From positions 21,988 to 85,987 of the forward strand of contig DASQAZ010000117.1 in assembly GCA_035635475.1 (NCBI GenBank): 64,000 nt of DNA, in the 5' to 3' direction. Positions 20,492-30,545 of the stretch are shown here, in pieces; the first letter of the stretch is position 1; each line of letters opens with the position of its first letter. Both the position numbers and the translations under genes were made by a program. The notes beneath the pieces are model-generated. The model did not search any database. It was given only the letters and a program-made list of their open reading frames with translations, and was not told where the DNA came from. The DNA is from Bacteroidota bacterium. Lineage in GTDB: Bacteria > Bacteroidota > Ignavibacteria > UBA10030 > SZUA-254.

Positions 20492-21436
20492 TCAGAAACT
20501 TATGGTCACACGATGGACAGCTCCGATTTGGCCGAAGGAGGAGAAGGCGTAATCGACGTTGTACATCTCGGTGTTGATTCCTCCGCCGATGGAGAATCCG
20601 GCGAGACCGGAGCTCGAAAGGATCTTAAAATCCTGTCTTCGCTCATTGTTGTAGCCGACGCGGAGGTGCACATTCGGCCCCGGCGCGAGCTCGACTCCGA
20701 TCGCAAACGCTCTGAATCTGCGGCCGAAGGAATCCTGATGTTCATTCACTTTGTCGAGGCTGACCATCAGCACCGCCGGCAGGTGTTCCGGATAGAGCGA
20801 GACTCCGATTCTTAGATCCAGAGGCAGGTTCTCCCTCGTATTGAAATACGGATCAAGCTGTGTGCCGAGGTTGAGCAGGCTCGCGCCGATCGTCATCCTG
20901 TCAGGCACCGCGAGGTACTGCACCCCGAAGTCGAGTGCGGCTGCCGAGGAACGCGCTTCGGCGATAGAGGAATAGATAAATTTCGCGTTGACCCCATACG
21001 TGAGCCCCGGCTGCAAGGGGCCGGCGTAACCGACGGTCATCGCGAGTTCCCCGGCGCCGAATGTCCCGAGATCCTCCCCTTCCTCACCCGTTCGATTGAA
21101 TTCCCCGTAGTTGATGTACACGATACCGGCGCCGACGAAGCCCAGGTTCGGGACTTCCGTCCCGAAACTGGCGTGCCCGGCATTGATGTCGAGGAGATGC
21201 TTGAGAAACCCAAACGAGACACGCCTCTGCGTCAGCGTCCCGAGACCCGCGGGGTTATAGAAAATCGCGTTCGGATCGTCGGTCATTGTAACGAACCCCC
21301 CGCCCAGCGCGGCGGCGCGTGCGCCCACATCAAGCCCGAGAAAATTATAGGTGCTATTGTCCTGGGCCCGGAGCGTGAAGGCAGATGGTATGAAGAGCGC
21401 CGCTAGGACAATGATGGTGGGGAGAAGGACGCGCAT
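20492..21436 (-). CDS. outer-membrane β-barrel protein, PorV/PorQ/FadL-like (possible T9SS-associated porin)
   Basis: Signal peptide MRVLLPTIIVLAALFIPSAFTLRAQ at the internal Met (ATG 21436..21434). FYNPAGLG motif. Alternating β-strand pattern ending in aromatic VTISF. The 596-aa ORF in the track is an artefactual 5' extension that overlaps deoC on the other strand. Confidence 0.5.
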   Translation of the reverse strand: MRVLLPTIIVLAALFIPSAFTLRAQDNSTYNFLGLDVGARAAALGGGFVTMTDDPNAIFYNPAGLGTLTQRRVSFGFLKHLLDINAGHASFGTEVPNLGFVGAGIVYINYGEFNRTGEEGEDLGTFGAGELAMTVGYAGPLQPGLTYGVNAKFIYSSIAEARSSAAALDFGVQYLAVPDRMTIGASLLNLGTQLDPYFNTRENLPLDLRIGVSLYPEHLPAVLMVSLDKVNEHQDSFGRRFRAFAIGVELAPGPNVHLRVGYNNERRQDFKILSSSGLAGFSIGGGINTEMYNVDYAFSSFGQIGAVHRVTISF

Positions 21437-21733
21437 GAGTTGGAATCTACTCAATTGCATGAAGAGATACAAAAATCGCGTCATCACGCCCGCTGTTTCT
21501 TTTTCCCAAAATAGTCGTATATTGAAGCGAATGATCGATAATTTCATCGTCATTGACATATCCGGATGGTGAGCAAAGAGATTGAGCGGCTTGTCCAATC
21601 GATCTTGAATGATCCGCCGGGGGAGCATCCCTGCTGCAAGGACGGAACATGCTCGGACGGTCTCTGCGTCATTCATAATAAGGAAGGCGTCCGGAGCATC
21701 GTCCACAACGGTGCGGCGAGGGTCACCGCGGGG

Positions 21734-22459
21734 ATGGGCATTGAGGCGGCAGGCGGGATCGAGACAGACCTCGCCAGATTGATCGACCACACGCTCCTCA
21801 AACCTGATGCGACCAAGGAGCAGATTACGAAGCTCTGTGCGGAGGCGAAGAAGTATAACTTTGCAAGTGTCTGTATCAACCCCTGCTATGTCTCCCTTTG
21901 CGCGAAATTGCTCCGCGATACACCGGTCAAAGTCTGTACCGTGATCGGCTTCCCGCTGGGCGCTACGAGCACGGCCGCGAAAGCATTCGAAGGGGAGCAG
22001 GCGCTTCGCGACGGCGCGAACGAGCTGGATATGGTCATGAACGTCGGGATGCTGAAATCCGCCGAGTATGAATATGTCGAGAATGATATTTTCGCCGTCG
22101 TCACCACGTCGCGCCGCTATGGGGCTCTCACGAAGGTCATCCTCGAAACTTCGCTCCTGACCGATGAAGAAAAAATCAAGGGCTGCCTGTTGGCGAAGCG
22201 GGCGGGGGCAGATTTTGTGAAAACATCGACCGGATTTGCAGGGGGCGGTGCAACGGTCGGCGATATCGCCTTGATGCGCCACGTGGTGGGGTCGGCGATG
22301 GGTGTAAAGGCGTCGGGCGGCGTGCGAACGCGCGAGGAAGCTCTCGCGCTGGTCGCCAGCGGAGCCGACCGGATCGGCGCGAGTGCCAGCGTGAAGATCG
22401 TCGGCGGGAATGGCGAGGGTCGGATCGGCTCAAATCTGAAAGCCATGCAGTCATATTAA
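21734..22459 (+). CDS. deoC: deoxyribose-phosphate aldolase
   Basis: [37 protein letters not shown], and the Schiff-base lysine region FVKTSTGF. The ORF opens at 21566, but Met57 (21734) gives a canonical DeoC N-terminus and length (242 aa). Confidence 0.85.
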   Translation: MGIEAAGGIETDLARLIDHTLLKPDATKEQITKLCAEAKKYNFASVCINPCYVSLCAKLLRDTPVKVCTVIGFPLGATSTAAKAFEGEQALRDGANELDMVMNVGMLKSAEYEYVENDIFAVVTTSRRYGALTKVILETSLLTDEEKIKGCLLAKRAGADFVKTSTGFAGGGATVGDIALMRHVVGSAMGVKASGGVRTREEALALVASGADRIGASASVKIVGGNGEGRIGSNLKAMQSY

Positions 22460-22483
22460 CGTCCACAACAATCTGAGGGCTTT

Positions 22484-22954
22484 ATGATTCTATTCAAAGG
22501 AGCGTTTCCGGTGTTCGCCATCGCGGCAGCGATGATCGTCGCCGGCTGCTCTTCATCAAAGCAAAGCGAGAAGACCGGCTCGACAACCGTTCAGAACCCG
22601 TCCGAAACGTCATCGAAGCCGGAGGGCGCGAAGACCGATACGTTCGACGTGAAGGTCGACAACTCAAAGAAGCCGTCGTACGAACCAACGGCGACCGCCG
22701 CCCAGCCCGGAAACTTCGCCGTGCAGATCGGCGCGTACCAGAAGCAGGAAAATGCCGATCGCGTCGCAGCTCTTGCGAGGGACCGGTTTGCGGTGACCAT
22801 CACCACGGTTTTCGACCGGACGAAAGGCCTGTGGAAAGTACTCGTGGGAAATTTTCCGACGAAAGATCAGGCGAGGCAATTTCGCGATGAGATGGTTCAG
22901 AAATACCCGAGCGATTACAAGGATGCGTGGACGACCGACATCCCGCAGCAGTAA
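22484..22954 (+). CDS. SPOR-domain lipoprotein
   Basis: Lipoprotein signal IVAGCSSS. C-terminal SPOR-like fold (FAVQIGAYQKQENADRVAALAR...WKVLVGNFPTKDQARQF). Confidence 0.55.
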   Translation: MILFKGAFPVFAIAAAMIVAGCSSSKQSEKTGSTTVQNPSETSSKPEGAKTDTFDVKVDNSKKPSYEPTATAAQPGNFAVQIGAYQKQENADRVAALARDRFAVTITTVFDRTKGLWKVLVGNFPTKDQARQFRDEMVQKYPSDYKDAWTTDIPQQ

Positions 22955-23501
22955 ACGCGGGCTGACGCTTCCGCTTTTGTTAGTTGGCGCGGTCGTTCTG
23001 TGGGGATGTTCATCTGCGAAAGAGGCGGAGCAGAAGGTTGAAGCCCCGGCGCCGAAGAGCGACGACCTCAGGCGATACGAGAAGACGTTTAATCCCTCCG
23101 ACTTCGATTCGGACATCAAGCTCATTAAAGAAGAGGAAAAGACCGAGCGATCGACATTTGAATCCACGAATGTCGTCACGACCGCAGTCCCCGACACGAT
23201 TCGGGGTTTCAGAATCCAGGTCCTGCTGACGCAGGACATCGACGAGGCCGTCCGCATCCGGGACAGCGTCGAGTCGTTGCTTCCCGAAGAATGGACGTAT
23301 ATCGTTTACGATTCGCCCTACTACAAGGTCCGCCTGGGGAATTGCGAGGATCGCGCCGCCGCCAGCCCCCTCCTGAAAAAAATATCCTCCCTTGGATTTA
23401 AGAGCGCCTGGATTGTGCCCGACAACGTCGTGAGAAACTTACCGCCGAAGCCTCCCGATACGAGCATAGAACCGCAGAAGCAGTTCAAGAATAAACACTG
23501 A
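22923..23501 (+). CDS. SPOR-domain lipoprotein (second copy)
   Basis: Signal MRGRPTSRSSKRGLTLPLLLVGAVVLWGCSS. C-terminal SPOR-like segment FRIQVLLTQDIDEAVRIRDSV...YKVRLGNCEDRAAA. It overlaps the preceding gene by 32 bp. The ORF track starts it at 22887. Confidence 0.5.
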   Translation: MRGRPTSRSSKRGLTLPLLLVGAVVLWGCSSAKEAEQKVEAPAPKSDDLRRYEKTFNPSDFDSDIKLIKEEEKTERSTFESTNVVTTAVPDTIRGFRIQVLLTQDIDEAVRIRDSVESLLPEEWTYIVYDSPYYKVRLGNCEDRAAASPLLKKISSLGFKSAWIVPDNVVRNLPPKPPDTSIEPQKQFKNKH

Positions 23502-23513
23502 TCCCGGCGAAGA

Positions 23514-25208
23514 CTACCGGAAACTGATCACCACTCCCTCGAGGGGCCATCGGGCTCTGACTCTGAGCGTATCGGCGAAGATCGCAAAGCGTTCCGCAGG
23601 CCGGAAAGGAAACGGCGTGCCGTATGAGTAGCTTCCGTTGCCGTCTGCATCCCGGAAGGCCGAAATAGTATACCTCCCTTCAATCACCCGGTCGAGCACA
23701 AAGGGACCGGGGGAACCGAGAACCAACCTGCGCGGTTTGAGCTGAGTGTTGGAAATATTCGCCGCGAGGATGTAAATCTTGCCTCTCGCGCCCGGTGAAT
23801 CGTCCCGTACCTCCCCCTTGATGCTTCCGAGCGTCTTCTCATCAACCGTCGAGAACTTTCTCGTCCACAGACTGTCGCGCAAATGGTTGCCCGAAAGATC
23901 GCGCAACGAATCCAGCGCGATGCGCAGGACATACGGCGTTGAAAGCGGCCACGGTTGGGAGGGGACGAATGAAGCCTGAGCGGAGTTCCACCACTTAAAC
24001 CCTCCTGCCACGATACGTTGAGCGGTATCGGTCAGATGAAAGCCCCGTTCGAACGGTAATGGCCGGATCGCCTCGCTGAATGCGATGTGAATGCTGTCAT
24101 CCGCTTGAACGCTCTTGTCCCCTTCCTGAATATTCTCGATTTTCATCGCAGGTCTTGTTGTGTCGGGAACGGCTGAGCCCGAAAAAATGCCGCTGCCGGG
24201 TGGCATATCGAGAACATTTCCGCGAACATCCCTTAGTTCGTTCAGCCTCACGCGGTAGGTTTTCGAGCTCTCCTGATCTGCGGTGTAGATTTGGGCCGCG
24301 AGCGAAGATCCGTCCACGAATGAGAAATCATAGGCCGATAATTGGGAGCCGGTTGCCGTGTCAATGATCGATACGTTCGTCGCCCGGAGGCCGGTCGTTT
24401 CCATCATCTCGCTGAATTTCAGGAGCACGTGGGAACGATCGATCGATCGGGCGCTCGACAGAAACGGCCTCGTCGTGTCCTCCCGCGTCAGCTGATATTG
24501 CATTCCGGAAATCCTGGGCCTCAGGCTATCCAGCACGATGTCTGTATTTGCAATCCCAAACTCGTCCGTCTGCGCATCGTACAGGAGATTCCGATACTGG
24601 TCGCGCACCGCAATAAGACGGTACCTGCCCAGCGCGAGGTTTGTGAGATTAAACGTCCCATCCTTCCCCGTCTGGGTCGCATAATCCGGTTTCGACCGGG
24701 CGGGATTCAGCGTATCGGGGTTGCGGGAATCTAACGAGTAGGCGAAGATCATTACTCCGGCAGGCGTGGGGTCGAACACTCTGCCGGAAACCGACGCCGA
24801 GTCGAGATGTCCGCCTGTGGAAAACGGGAGGGCGTAGGCTCGTGCCATCTTGTTCTTCCGGGTATCGACAACGTCGGTCCCGATGGTGACGATGTACGTC
24901 GCATTGGGGCGGAGCGAATCGGAGAACTGTATTTCAACCCCGGTGCCGCTCCAATCGAAGGTGAGCAGACCGACCGATGGCGAGATGAACATCGATCCCT
25001 CCACGCTGCTCCGATCGACGTACTTACTGAACGCCAGGCTGAACCTGTTATCGCGATAGTTCAGAGTCCCCGGCGGAGGGTAAGAACGAACAACTTCCGG
25101 CGGCGTGGTATCGGGCGGACCGCCGGAGGGCGGTGCCTGGCCAGCGCAGAAGAAGGAAATCGTTGCGACGATGGAGCACACGAGAATAGGAAGTATTGTT
25201 TGGTTCAC
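23514..25208 (-). CDS. secreted/lipo-protein with bacterial Ig-like (SbsA-type) domains
   Basis: Signal peptide. Pro-rich linker GGPPDTTPPEVVRSYPPPGT followed by β-rich Ig-like repeats. It is separated by 6 bp from mltG, which lies upstream in the same transcriptional direction (minus strand). Confidence 0.5.
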   Translation of the reverse strand: MNQTILPILVCSIVATISFFCAGQAPPSGGPPDTTPPEVVRSYPPPGTLNYRDNRFSLAFSKYVDRSSVEGSMFISPSVGLLTFDWSGTGVEIQFSDSLRPNATYIVTIGTDVVDTRKNKMARAYALPFSTGGHLDSASVSGRVFDPTPAGVMIFAYSLDSRNPDTLNPARSKPDYATQTGKDGTFNLTNLALGRYRLIAVRDQYRNLLYDAQTDEFGIANTDIVLDSLRPRISGMQYQLTREDTTRPFLSSARSIDRSHVLLKFSEMMETTGLRATNVSIIDTATGSQLSAYDFSFVDGSSLAAQIYTADQESSKTYRVRLNELRDVRGNVLDMPPGSGIFSGSAVPDTTRPAMKIENIQEGDKSVQADDSIHIAFSEAIRPLPFERGFHLTDTAQRIVAGGFKWWNSAQASFVPSQPWPLSTPYVLRIALDSLRDLSGNHLRDSLWTRKFSTVDEKTLGSIKGEVRDDSPGARGKIYILAANISNTQLKPRRLVLGSPGPFVLDRVIEGRYTISAFRDADGNGSYSYGTPFPFRPAERFAIFADTLRVRARWPLEGVVISFR

Positions 25209-25213
25209 GATGT

Positions 25214-26239
25214 TCAGCGACTGAACTCTTCTTCCCGCATCGCTTCCTGCTCATCGCGGAATTTCCTGTACCGCCGCGCGGCGCGCCGGTGTTCGAGATA
25301 GGTGCGGGTAAAGGTGTGACCCCCCTGCCCGTTCGCCACAAAGAAGAGATACCGATGCCTCACCGGAAAGAGGGCGGCAAGAATGGAGGCCCGCCCGGGA
25401 TTGCCGATCGGCCCCGGCGGCAAACCATAATTGCGGTACGTATTATAAGGCGATTCGCGGTGGAGGTCGCTGAGTCTCAATCGCCGCGGCCCGTCTACCA
25501 GGATGAATTGAACCGTCGGATCGGCCTCCAGCCTCATGCGCCGCTCGAGCCGGTTATAATAGACGCCCGCCACTTTGGCGCGTTCCGAATCGATCGCGGT
25601 CTCCCCGTTGACAATCGACGCCAGGACGAGTACATCGTTGAGCGATTTGTCGGCGGAATCCAGCCTCCCCCTCAGCGAATCGTTCATGAATTTCCAGAAC
25701 TCTCCGACCTGCTCTCTGATGATTTGTTCCTCATCCATCTGCCAGTACAATCTGTACGTATCCGGCATCAGGTAGCCCTCGAGCGAAGTTGCCTGCACGC
25801 CGAGCGTGTGCGCAAAATTTGAATCGTAGACCAGCGTCATATACCGGAGGGAGTCGATTCCAAGGGTCCGGGCAAGAATCTTCGCCTGGCGGGCGGCCTT
25901 CACGCCCTCGGGAAGCATGACCGTGATCGGCTCGATCGTTCTGCCTGAGCGTAAGTCCTCCAGCATTTCCCTGTTCGACATCCCGCTCGTAAATCGATAC
26001 TTTCCGACTTGCATTTTCGTCGTGAGGCCGAGAATTCTTCCGGCCGCGTCGATGAGCGCACGGCTGCGGATAATCCCCCCGATCTCGAGCGAGTCGAGAA
26101 CCCGCTGGAAGTTTTCTCCCCGCGAGACTGTGATCGATCGATCGCCCTCGAAAGAATTTGGCGCCCACAGGATTTCGTAAGCGGCAATCAGTCCCAGGGC
26201 GAGCACGGCCGCCAGAATTCGCAGCAGCCACTTCCTCAT
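25214..26239 (-). CDS. mltG: endolytic murein transglycosylase MltG (YceG-like)
   Basis: N-terminal TM. YceG-like core (YRLYWQMDEEQII, ASIVNGET, GLPPGPIGNPG). Confidence 0.85.
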   Translation of the reverse strand: MRKWLLRILAAVLALGLIAAYEILWAPNSFEGDRSITVSRGENFQRVLDSLEIGGIIRSRALIDAAGRILGLTTKMQVGKYRFTSGMSNREMLEDLRSGRTIEPITVMLPEGVKAARQAKILARTLGIDSLRYMTLVYDSNFAHTLGVQATSLEGYLMPDTYRLYWQMDEEQIIREQVGEFWKFMNDSLRGRLDSADKSLNDVLVLASIVNGETAIDSERAKVAGVYYNRLERRMRLEADPTVQFILVDGPRRLRLSDLHRESPYNTYRNYGLPPGPIGNPGRASILAALFPVRHRYLFFVANGQGGHTFTRTYLEHRRAARRYRKFRDEQEAMREEEFSR

Positions 26240-28179
26240 TGGACACCCTCCCTCCGGATCTCATTGTACCGGCCGAGGTACCGGAGAGACTTCGCGCTGT
26301 CGTGGTAAGCGAACTGGTAGACCCCCGCGAGCTGTTTGTACCCGTTCGCGTAGGAAGGATTATTTTTTATCAGAGCTTCAAGAGTGTTTACGGCCTCGCC
26401 CGGCTTATTTTCTCTGATGGAGATTTCTGCGGACGCCGATTGCGCGTCCCAGTATTGTGGATGGAGCCGGAGGGCCGTCTGCACCTCCTCAGAAGCCTTT
26501 CCAAGATTTCCTGCCAAAAAATAAGCGCGACCCAGGAGCAAATGCGTCTTTGAGGACTGGGGATCGATCTCGAGAGACCTCCTCAGTAGTCGACCGGCTT
26601 CATCTACGTTGCGGGCCGAGAGCTCCGAAGCCGCCGCGCCCGACATCCGGCCTGCAAGCTGTGGAGTAAAGTGTGCGCGCGCAGGATCGAAGGGGAATAC
26701 CTCCATGATTTCCGGATGCGATTCATCCGTTTGAAAGAGAGGGTTTTCGTTGACGACCTCAAACCAATTGCGCAACAGAGCAAGATGCGTGACCTTCTTC
26801 CGGACAAGATATTGCTTGAGCTTGTCAAGATTCCCGATATTGTTGATCATTTCCGGGGATACGAGCCCGACCATATCGACGATCTTTCTGTCCGAATAAT
26901 AAGCGATTGCTCCTACATCATGCGTCGCCACAACGCTCCCGGCCGGGAGGTTGTCGTGGATCCAACGAGCCGTCCGGACTTGCCGCTCGCCGATATACCG
27001 GCAGTACTCCGCGTAGGTGTCCTTCATCTCCCACGAAGCCGCCGCAAACTGCACACCGAAGACGAGGATCAGGAACCCGCCGGCCATCAATTCGGTTCGC
27101 GGCCGCCCGAGGCCCCGGAAAATCTTCTTTCCCAGCTCAAGAAGCGAACCGACTCCCCGCAAGCCTAGCAGGATGACGAACGGCAGAATGGGCATCAGAT
27201 ATCGTCCTTCCTGATAGAGGTAGGGAAGATTGAGCCAGTAGACGAGAAATAATCCTATCGGCCAGAGCAGAGAGATCAACAGATCATCCGGCCGCAACCT
27301 CAACACCGACCGCAGCACGCTCACGACGCCTGTCGCGACGAGGAGGCAGAAGATCCGGAGGTGACCGTCGGTAAGAAACCCGAAAACCTGCTGCGGAAAA
27401 CCCGACCCTCCGCCGGAGTAATATTTTATCTTCGCAGCATAGGTGTTCGGGAACAACGAGCCGGACAGCCAGAGGTTGAATCCGACATACGCACAGCCGA
27501 TTCCTGCGGCCACCAGCCCGGATCGGATCAGCCACGCGGAATCGTCTGTTCCCTTTCTTTTCGGCTGATTCCGGCGAAGGACCGAACTGCGGTATGCGGC
27601 ATCAATGGCAATAATGACCAGAAACAGGAGCGCTTCGGGACGCGTCCAGATCGCAAGGCCGCCGGCAATGCCGAGCCGGAGGGGTCTTCGGATCGTGTAG
27701 AAATAATGCACCGCGAGAAGCATGAACAAAAACAGCGTAGTTTCCATGCCGGAGTCCGCGACCCATTCCAGTCGGGGCTCGAGCAGCACTAAAAGCGCTG
27801 CAGCGGCAGCAAATAAACCGGTCCCCAGAATCTTCTTCGCAAGGGCGTAGAGCATCCATGCCGAAAGGGCAAAGAAGACGATGCCCAGTGAGTAACTGAG
27901 CAGGAACTCATTCGAGGTGAACGAGAATCCTGCGGCGAGCAGAAGCGTGTAGAGAGGCGAGGTCGAGCCGGAGGTGACCGTCTGATTCTGATAGTACGAG
28001 TAGGACCCGTACTCATGGAGATTCTTCGCGAACTGAAGGTGGATCCAGGGGTCATCGAGCGGGAAGCCAACCGCGCCGTTCACACGATACGCATTCCAGC
28101 CTGCGAAGATGCACATCCCCGATCCGAGAACCATCACGGGGATCAGGAAGTACGCCGTTTTCTTCGTCCGATCATTCAT
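26236..28179 (-). CDS. GT-C fold (PMT/ArnT-like, family 39-like) glycosyltransferase with C-terminal TPR repeats (TMTC-like architecture)
   Basis: ~11 N-terminal TM helices with the first-loop acidic motif PLDDPW typical of GT-C enzymes. The C-terminal ~180 aa are TPR repeats (LLLGRAYFLAGNLGKASEE...). It overlaps mltG by 4 bp. Confidence 0.5.
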   Translation of the reverse strand: MNDRTKKTAYFLIPVMVLGSGMCIFAGWNAYRVNGAVGFPLDDPWIHLQFAKNLHEYGSYSYYQNQTVTSGSTSPLYTLLLAAGFSFTSNEFLLSYSLGIVFFALSAWMLYALAKKILGTGLFAAAAALLVLLEPRLEWVADSGMETTLFLFMLLAVHYFYTIRRPLRLGIAGGLAIWTRPEALLFLVIIAIDAAYRSSVLRRNQPKRKGTDDSAWLIRSGLVAAGIGCAYVGFNLWLSGSLFPNTYAAKIKYYSGGGSGFPQQVFGFLTDGHLRIFCLLVATGVVSVLRSVLRLRPDDLLISLLWPIGLFLVYWLNLPYLYQEGRYLMPILPFVILLGLRGVGSLLELGKKIFRGLGRPRTELMAGGFLILVFGVQFAAASWEMKDTYAEYCRYIGERQVRTARWIHDNLPAGSVVATHDVGAIAYYSDRKIVDMVGLVSPEMINNIGNLDKLKQYLVRKKVTHLALLRNWFEVVNENPLFQTDESHPEIMEVFPFDPARAHFTPQLAGRMSGAAASELSARNVDEAGRLLRRSLEIDPQSSKTHLLLGRAYFLAGNLGKASEEVQTALRLHPQYWDAQSASAEISIRENKPGEAVNTLEALIKNNPSYANGYKQLAGVYQFAYHDSAKSLRYLGRYNEIRREGVQ

Positions 28180-28206
28180 CCGACTTCACGCCCGGCTCAA
28201 TCCAAC

Positions 28207-29205
28207 TTAGATCGGGAGATTCGGCTCTGCATGGAGGTCGAATGCCGATTCGATTCCTTTCTTGAGAAGGAGATAACCCGTCATGGCGATCATGGCTCCG
28301 TTATCCGTGCAGTATTCAAGTCTTGGGACGAACAGCCGGAAGTTCCGGCTCGCAGCAAGCGCTTCCATGCGCCGCCGCAGCTCCGAATTCGCCGACACTC
28401 CGCCCGCAATCGCGACGTCGTTGACACCGGTCCGCTTCAACGCCCGGAGGATCTTCTCAATCAAAACCTCCGCCATCGCAGCCTGAAAACTTGCACAGAG
28501 ATCCTTCACCCGGCTTTCGCCGTCACCCCGCAGGGTGTGATCGCGAAGCCAGTAGCGAACCGCGGTCTTGATGCCGCTGAAACTGAAATCGAGGCTCTCG
28601 TCCCCGAGCATCGACCGCGGAAATTTCACGAATTCGGGATTTCCGGACTGTGCCAGCCTGTCGAGCACAGGTCCGCCCGGAAAGCCGAGGCCGAGCATTT
28701 TCGCGACCTTGTCGTAGGCCTCGCCCGCAGCGTCGTCGAGCGTTTCGCCCAGGAGTTCGTGCTCGAGAATGTTTCTGACGAGCACAAGCTGCGTGTGTCC
28801 CCCTGAAACCGTCAGACAAAGAAAGGGGAGATTGGGCCTTGGCTCATCGATGAAATTTGAATAGAGGTGCGCCTCCATGTGATTAACGCCTACGAAGGGC
28901 ACGCGGAGGCCGTAGGCCAATGCTTTGGCGAAATTCAGCCCCACCAGGAGCGCGCCCATGAGGCCGGGCCCGTAGGTCGCACAGACGGCATCGAGCTGAT
29001 TCTTGCCGATCCCCGCTGTGCGCAGTGCCTCCTCAACGACCGGGACGATCAACCGTTGGTGTGCCCGCGATGCGAGCTCCGGTACGACCCCCCCATATTC
29101 GCCGTGGGCGAGCTGCGATGAGATCACATTCGACTGTACGATGCCGTCCTGAAGAACGGCGGCGGATGTCTCGTCGCATGACGTTTCAATTCCGAGAATA
29201 TTCAT
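28207..29205 (-). CDS. tsaD: tRNA N6-adenosine threonylcarbamoyltransferase TsaD
   Basis: MNILGIETSCDETSAAV plus Kae1/TsaD metal-binding His motifs (VGVNHMEAHL). ATG at 29205..29203. The ORF track extends it 23 codons further. Confidence 0.9.
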   Translation of the reverse strand: MNILGIETSCDETSAAVLQDGIVQSNVISSQLAHGEYGGVVPELASRAHQRLIVPVVEEALRTAGIGKNQLDAVCATYGPGLMGALLVGLNFAKALAYGLRVPFVGVNHMEAHLYSNFIDEPRPNLPFLCLTVSGGHTQLVLVRNILEHELLGETLDDAAGEAYDKVAKMLGLGFPGGPVLDRLAQSGNPEFVKFPRSMLGDESLDFSFSGIKTAVRYWLRDHTLRGDGESRVKDLCASFQAAMAEVLIEKILRALKRTGVNDVAIAGGVSANSELRRRMEALAASRNFRLFVPRLEYCTDNGAMIAMTGYLLLKKGIESAFDLHAEPNLPI

Positions 29206-29341
29206 CGACTCTAAGAATAAGCGAAAAGTTCGGCTGATTTTCAAGCGTCGCGACGGCCTAAAAGTCACTTGCAAAGGTGAGCTAATTTTTTTATCTTGAG
29301 GCCATTATCGGAGAGCCTTCCACCTCGCACGTGCAAATCCA

Positions 29342-30535
29342 GTGTCCGCAACTGAAAACGTCGACCTTTCGAGGCTGAGAATTCAGCACGAAGAAAAACT
29401 GGAAGAGCGTCCGAGAAGGGCTCATCGTACCGGTGTCATCCTCTATGCCGCGGGAGCGCTCTTCCTGGCTCTGGTGGCGTTTGTCTTCATACGCACGTCG
29501 TTGAGCTCCGCCGAGACCGTCGAGCTCGCAACCGTTTCGTTCGTTTCTCCGTCCCAGTCCAATGAGATCCTCACGGCAAGCGGTTATGTCGTGGCACAGC
29601 AGAAGGCGTCTGTTGCTTCAAAGGCAACGGGGCGTATCGTCTTTCTTGGGCACCATGAAGGAGATAAGGTAACGAAGGGCGAAATCATCGCTCGAATCGA
29701 AAGCGCCGACGTCGAGGCGGCGCTGGCCCAGGCACAGGCGGAACTCGCGCTCGCCCGCGCGGACCGCGAGGATGCCGGGAGGTCGCTTGAACGTTCAAAG
29801 GCAATGCTGAGCCGCGAGCTTATTTCTCAGGCAGAATTCGACGCCGCGAAGGCGCGCGACGACCGCGTCCGCGCGACGATTCAATCGAAGGATGCAGCGG
29901 TGAGAGCGGCAGAGGTACAGGTTGAGAATACCCGGATCCGGGCGCCGTTCGATGGAACGATCCTGACGAAGAATGCCGACGTGGGTGAGGTCGTTGCCCC
30001 GTTCGCAGCGGGGGCAAGTTCCCGGGTGGCAGTCGTCACAATCGCCGACATGTCCTCGCTCCAGGTCGAGGCGGACGTCTCGGAGTCAAACATCGAGCGC
30101 ATTACGGTTGAGCAGCCGTGTGAGATTGCACTCGATGCCTATCCGGACAAGCGCTATCGCGGCAGGGTGGACAAGATCGTACCGACGGCAGATCGCGCTA
30201 AAGCAACTGTCCTCACAAAGATCCGCTTCCTGGAACGGGACAAGCGCGTGCTGCCCGAAATGAGCGCCAAAATCCATTTCCTGGCCGAGGGGACTCCCGA
30301 GAGCCCCTCCTCGAAGCCGAGGCTTGTCATTGATTCAACGGCCATTGCCGTTCGCGACGGGCAGAAGGTTGCCTTCGTCATCCGCGGCGACGAGGCAAGC
30401 GCCGTTGCAGTCCAGCTCGGAGATCCCCTTGGAAAATCGATCGAGGTCCGCCGCGGGCTGTCGGCCGGCGACCGCGTGGTCCTGAAGCCGTCACAGAATA
30501 TGCAAACCGGAACGAAGGTGAAAATAAAGGAGTAG
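29342..30535 (+). CDS. efflux transporter periplasmic adaptor subunit (MacA/HlyD family)
   Basis: N-terminal TM anchor, long coiled-coil (AQAELALARADRED...), and lipoyl/β-barrel MFP domains. Confidence 0.8.
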   Translation: MSATENVDLSRLRIQHEEKLEERPRRAHRTGVILYAAGALFLALVAFVFIRTSLSSAETVELATVSFVSPSQSNEILTASGYVVAQQKASVASKATGRIVFLGHHEGDKVTKGEIIARIESADVEAALAQAQAELALARADREDAGRSLERSKAMLSRELISQAEFDAAKARDDRVRATIQSKDAAVRAAEVQVENTRIRAPFDGTILTKNADVGEVVAPFAAGASSRVAVVTIADMSSLQVEADVSESNIERITVEQPCEIALDAYPDKRYRGRVDKIVPTADRAKATVLTKIRFLERDKRVLPEMSAKIHFLAEGTPESPSSKPRLVIDSTAIAVRDGQKVAFVIRGDEASAVAVQLGDPLGKSIEVRRGLSAGDRVVLKPSQNMQTGTKVKIKE

Positions 30536-30545
30536 ATAATCGGCT

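Noticed and set aside
21437-22282. 5' extension of the 596-aa minus-strand ORF (20492..22282)
   Set aside because: The OMP has a clear signal peptide starting at the internal Met (21436). The upstream 282 codons overlap deoC on the opposite strand and are Arg/Asp-rich non-protein-like sequence.
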